A stretch of DNA of 64,000 nt, from positions 6,448,001 through 6,512,000 of the forward strand of contig NC_092674.1 in the NCBI RefSeq assembly GCF_964355755.1. Reading direction: 5' to 3'. Under the pieces are notes generated by a model. It worked only from the letters and a program-made list of their open reading frames with translations, did no database searches and had not been told where the DNA came from. The stretch comes from Antedon mediterranea (taxonomy: Eukaryota > Animalia > Echinodermata). Positions 63,101 to 64,000 of the stretch are shown here, piece after piece; the stretch's first letter is position 1; the number at the start of each line of letters is the position of its first letter. Both the position numbers and the translations under genes were made by a program.

Positions 63101-63890
63101 AGAGAGATGTACACTTGCCATGTTGGTAGAAGAATGTTGTAAGATAAAGTTGTCAGTAAAGGACAGACTGGAAGACCAAGAAGAAGAAGAAGAATGTTGC
63201 AGAGAGAAGTTGTAAGCAACAGGATACAGAGGGATGAGATGGACATTGGTCAAGTGGGAAAAAAGAATCCTGCAACAGGAAGAACAAGTAGATCATAGGT
63301 AGAGGAATGGTGTAAAAACTTTATACTTACTAGGATTGACTTTAAGACATGCTGTAAACTGTTCCCAAGCTTGCTGGAATTTTCCAGTCATTTGCAGGGT
63401 GTAGGCAAGATTCACTCTTGCAGGTAGACAGAGTGGGTTTAAGTGCAATGCTTGCTCATAGTCATGCCTAACAAATATAATTTCATTCGTTACCAGGAAG
63501 CTTTTGATTTGCGATTACTACCAAACTATGCCATGTTAATTCATTGTGTGCATGCGGAATATTGGGATGGGAGTCCTGCTTTTCACCCCAACATAGCTTT
63601 GATGGCTAAGGTCCAGATGACGACCGACAACACATCAATCAGTTCTCGCAAAACGAAAGCTCCATAATAATGATCAGTCGCTGTTAGACATAATCCAATT
63701 CCTAAAATACATAATCACAATTTTCTCTCCACCTGTACTAATTTTATTTGCCTACCTTGACATTTTCATTGCTATCTCGTGGTGGAAGTCCATCAGTGCA
63801 TTACCACGTCCAATGTAAGCATCGAGAAAGAATGGATCTATCTGAAGTGCCTCAGTATACACCAGTACAGCTTCTTCTAATTCATTTAAT
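57150..63890 (-). CDS. TTC6: Tetratricopeptide repeat protein 6-like, last six exons (5' part outside window)
   Basis: Exons 63756-63890, 63331-63467, 62412-62674, 60334-60411, 59433-59580, 57150-57289 in frame: DPFFLDAYIGRGN, ALHLNPLCLPARVNLAY, PALEGRSVICLQM, LAYFNSAN, AMLNRAITR, VYFNRGNLY, ALKLQPDD. Confidence 0.85.
57567..59222. mobile_element. Foldback/Mutator-like non-autonomous element with ~200-bp modular TIRs
   Basis: gtcaa(c/g)tcggcc 16-17 bp repeats plus aaaagtgctaatat at 57572-57770, inverted at 59034-59212. Possible TSD ttttattc/tcttattc. Confidence 0.75.
59869..59936 (+). repeat. tRNA-derived SINE-like head
   Basis: ggtggtctagagg ... ggttgtgggtttgagtcccac box A/B-like. Confidence 0.45.
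60641..62373. mobile_element. hAT-like non-autonomous element inserted into a Harbinger MITE
   Basis: TIR ta(c/g)gctcgcgctaa / ttagcgcgagccta, subterminal tggcgaa/ttcgcca repeats, degenerate 8-bp TSD (cagtttgc/gggtttga). Host MITE halves at 60517-60640 and 62374-62397. Confidence 0.72.
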
Positions 63891-64000
63891 CTAACGAACA
63901 TAAATATAATTGCATACTGTATTACCTATTTCACAAATTTATACTCTCCACAATAGCACACATTCCCGTTGCCATATACACTCTTCACAATTATGCTAAG

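Noticed and set aside
63494-63701. Cryptic or poison exon in TTC6 (minus-strand acceptor and donor present)
   Set aside because: Early stop in the TTC6 frame and only ~26 nt to the next acceptor; unsupported without RNA data.

Overview
AT-rich, intron-containing animal genomic DNA (probably an invertebrate, possibly an echinoderm-like deuterostome; this is an inference). Most short ORFs in the supplied track are spurious. Host genes reconstructed by hand from splice sites: two tandem 9-coding-exon D-cysteine desulfhydrase/ACC-deaminase-family genes (minus strand); a 2-exon TNF-receptor-like gene (plus); two tandem 3-exon secreted bacterial-type sphingomyelinase C genes (minus); an M60/TCAF-like zinc metallopeptidase with a single coding exon (plus); and the 3' six exons of TTC6 (minus). 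A ~20 kb transposon pile (15.9-36.1 kb) holds a three-layer LINE nest, two tandem MITEs sharing CCGGG target duplications, and a full-length 13.3 kb Ginger1 DNA transposon. The Ginger1 element has TGT..ACA TIRs, a CCGG TSD and an intact spliced 847-aa integrase-OTU protease gene, and carries a solo LTR, tRNA-like cloverleafs and a decayed Cys-rich module. There are also many MITEs, a Sola2-like derivative, minisatellites, and tiny palindromes with 7-bp TSDs that look like P/Galileo excision footprints. No CRISPR array or rRNA was seen. Most components belong to known families; what may be novel is their particular arrangement, and no database search could be run.
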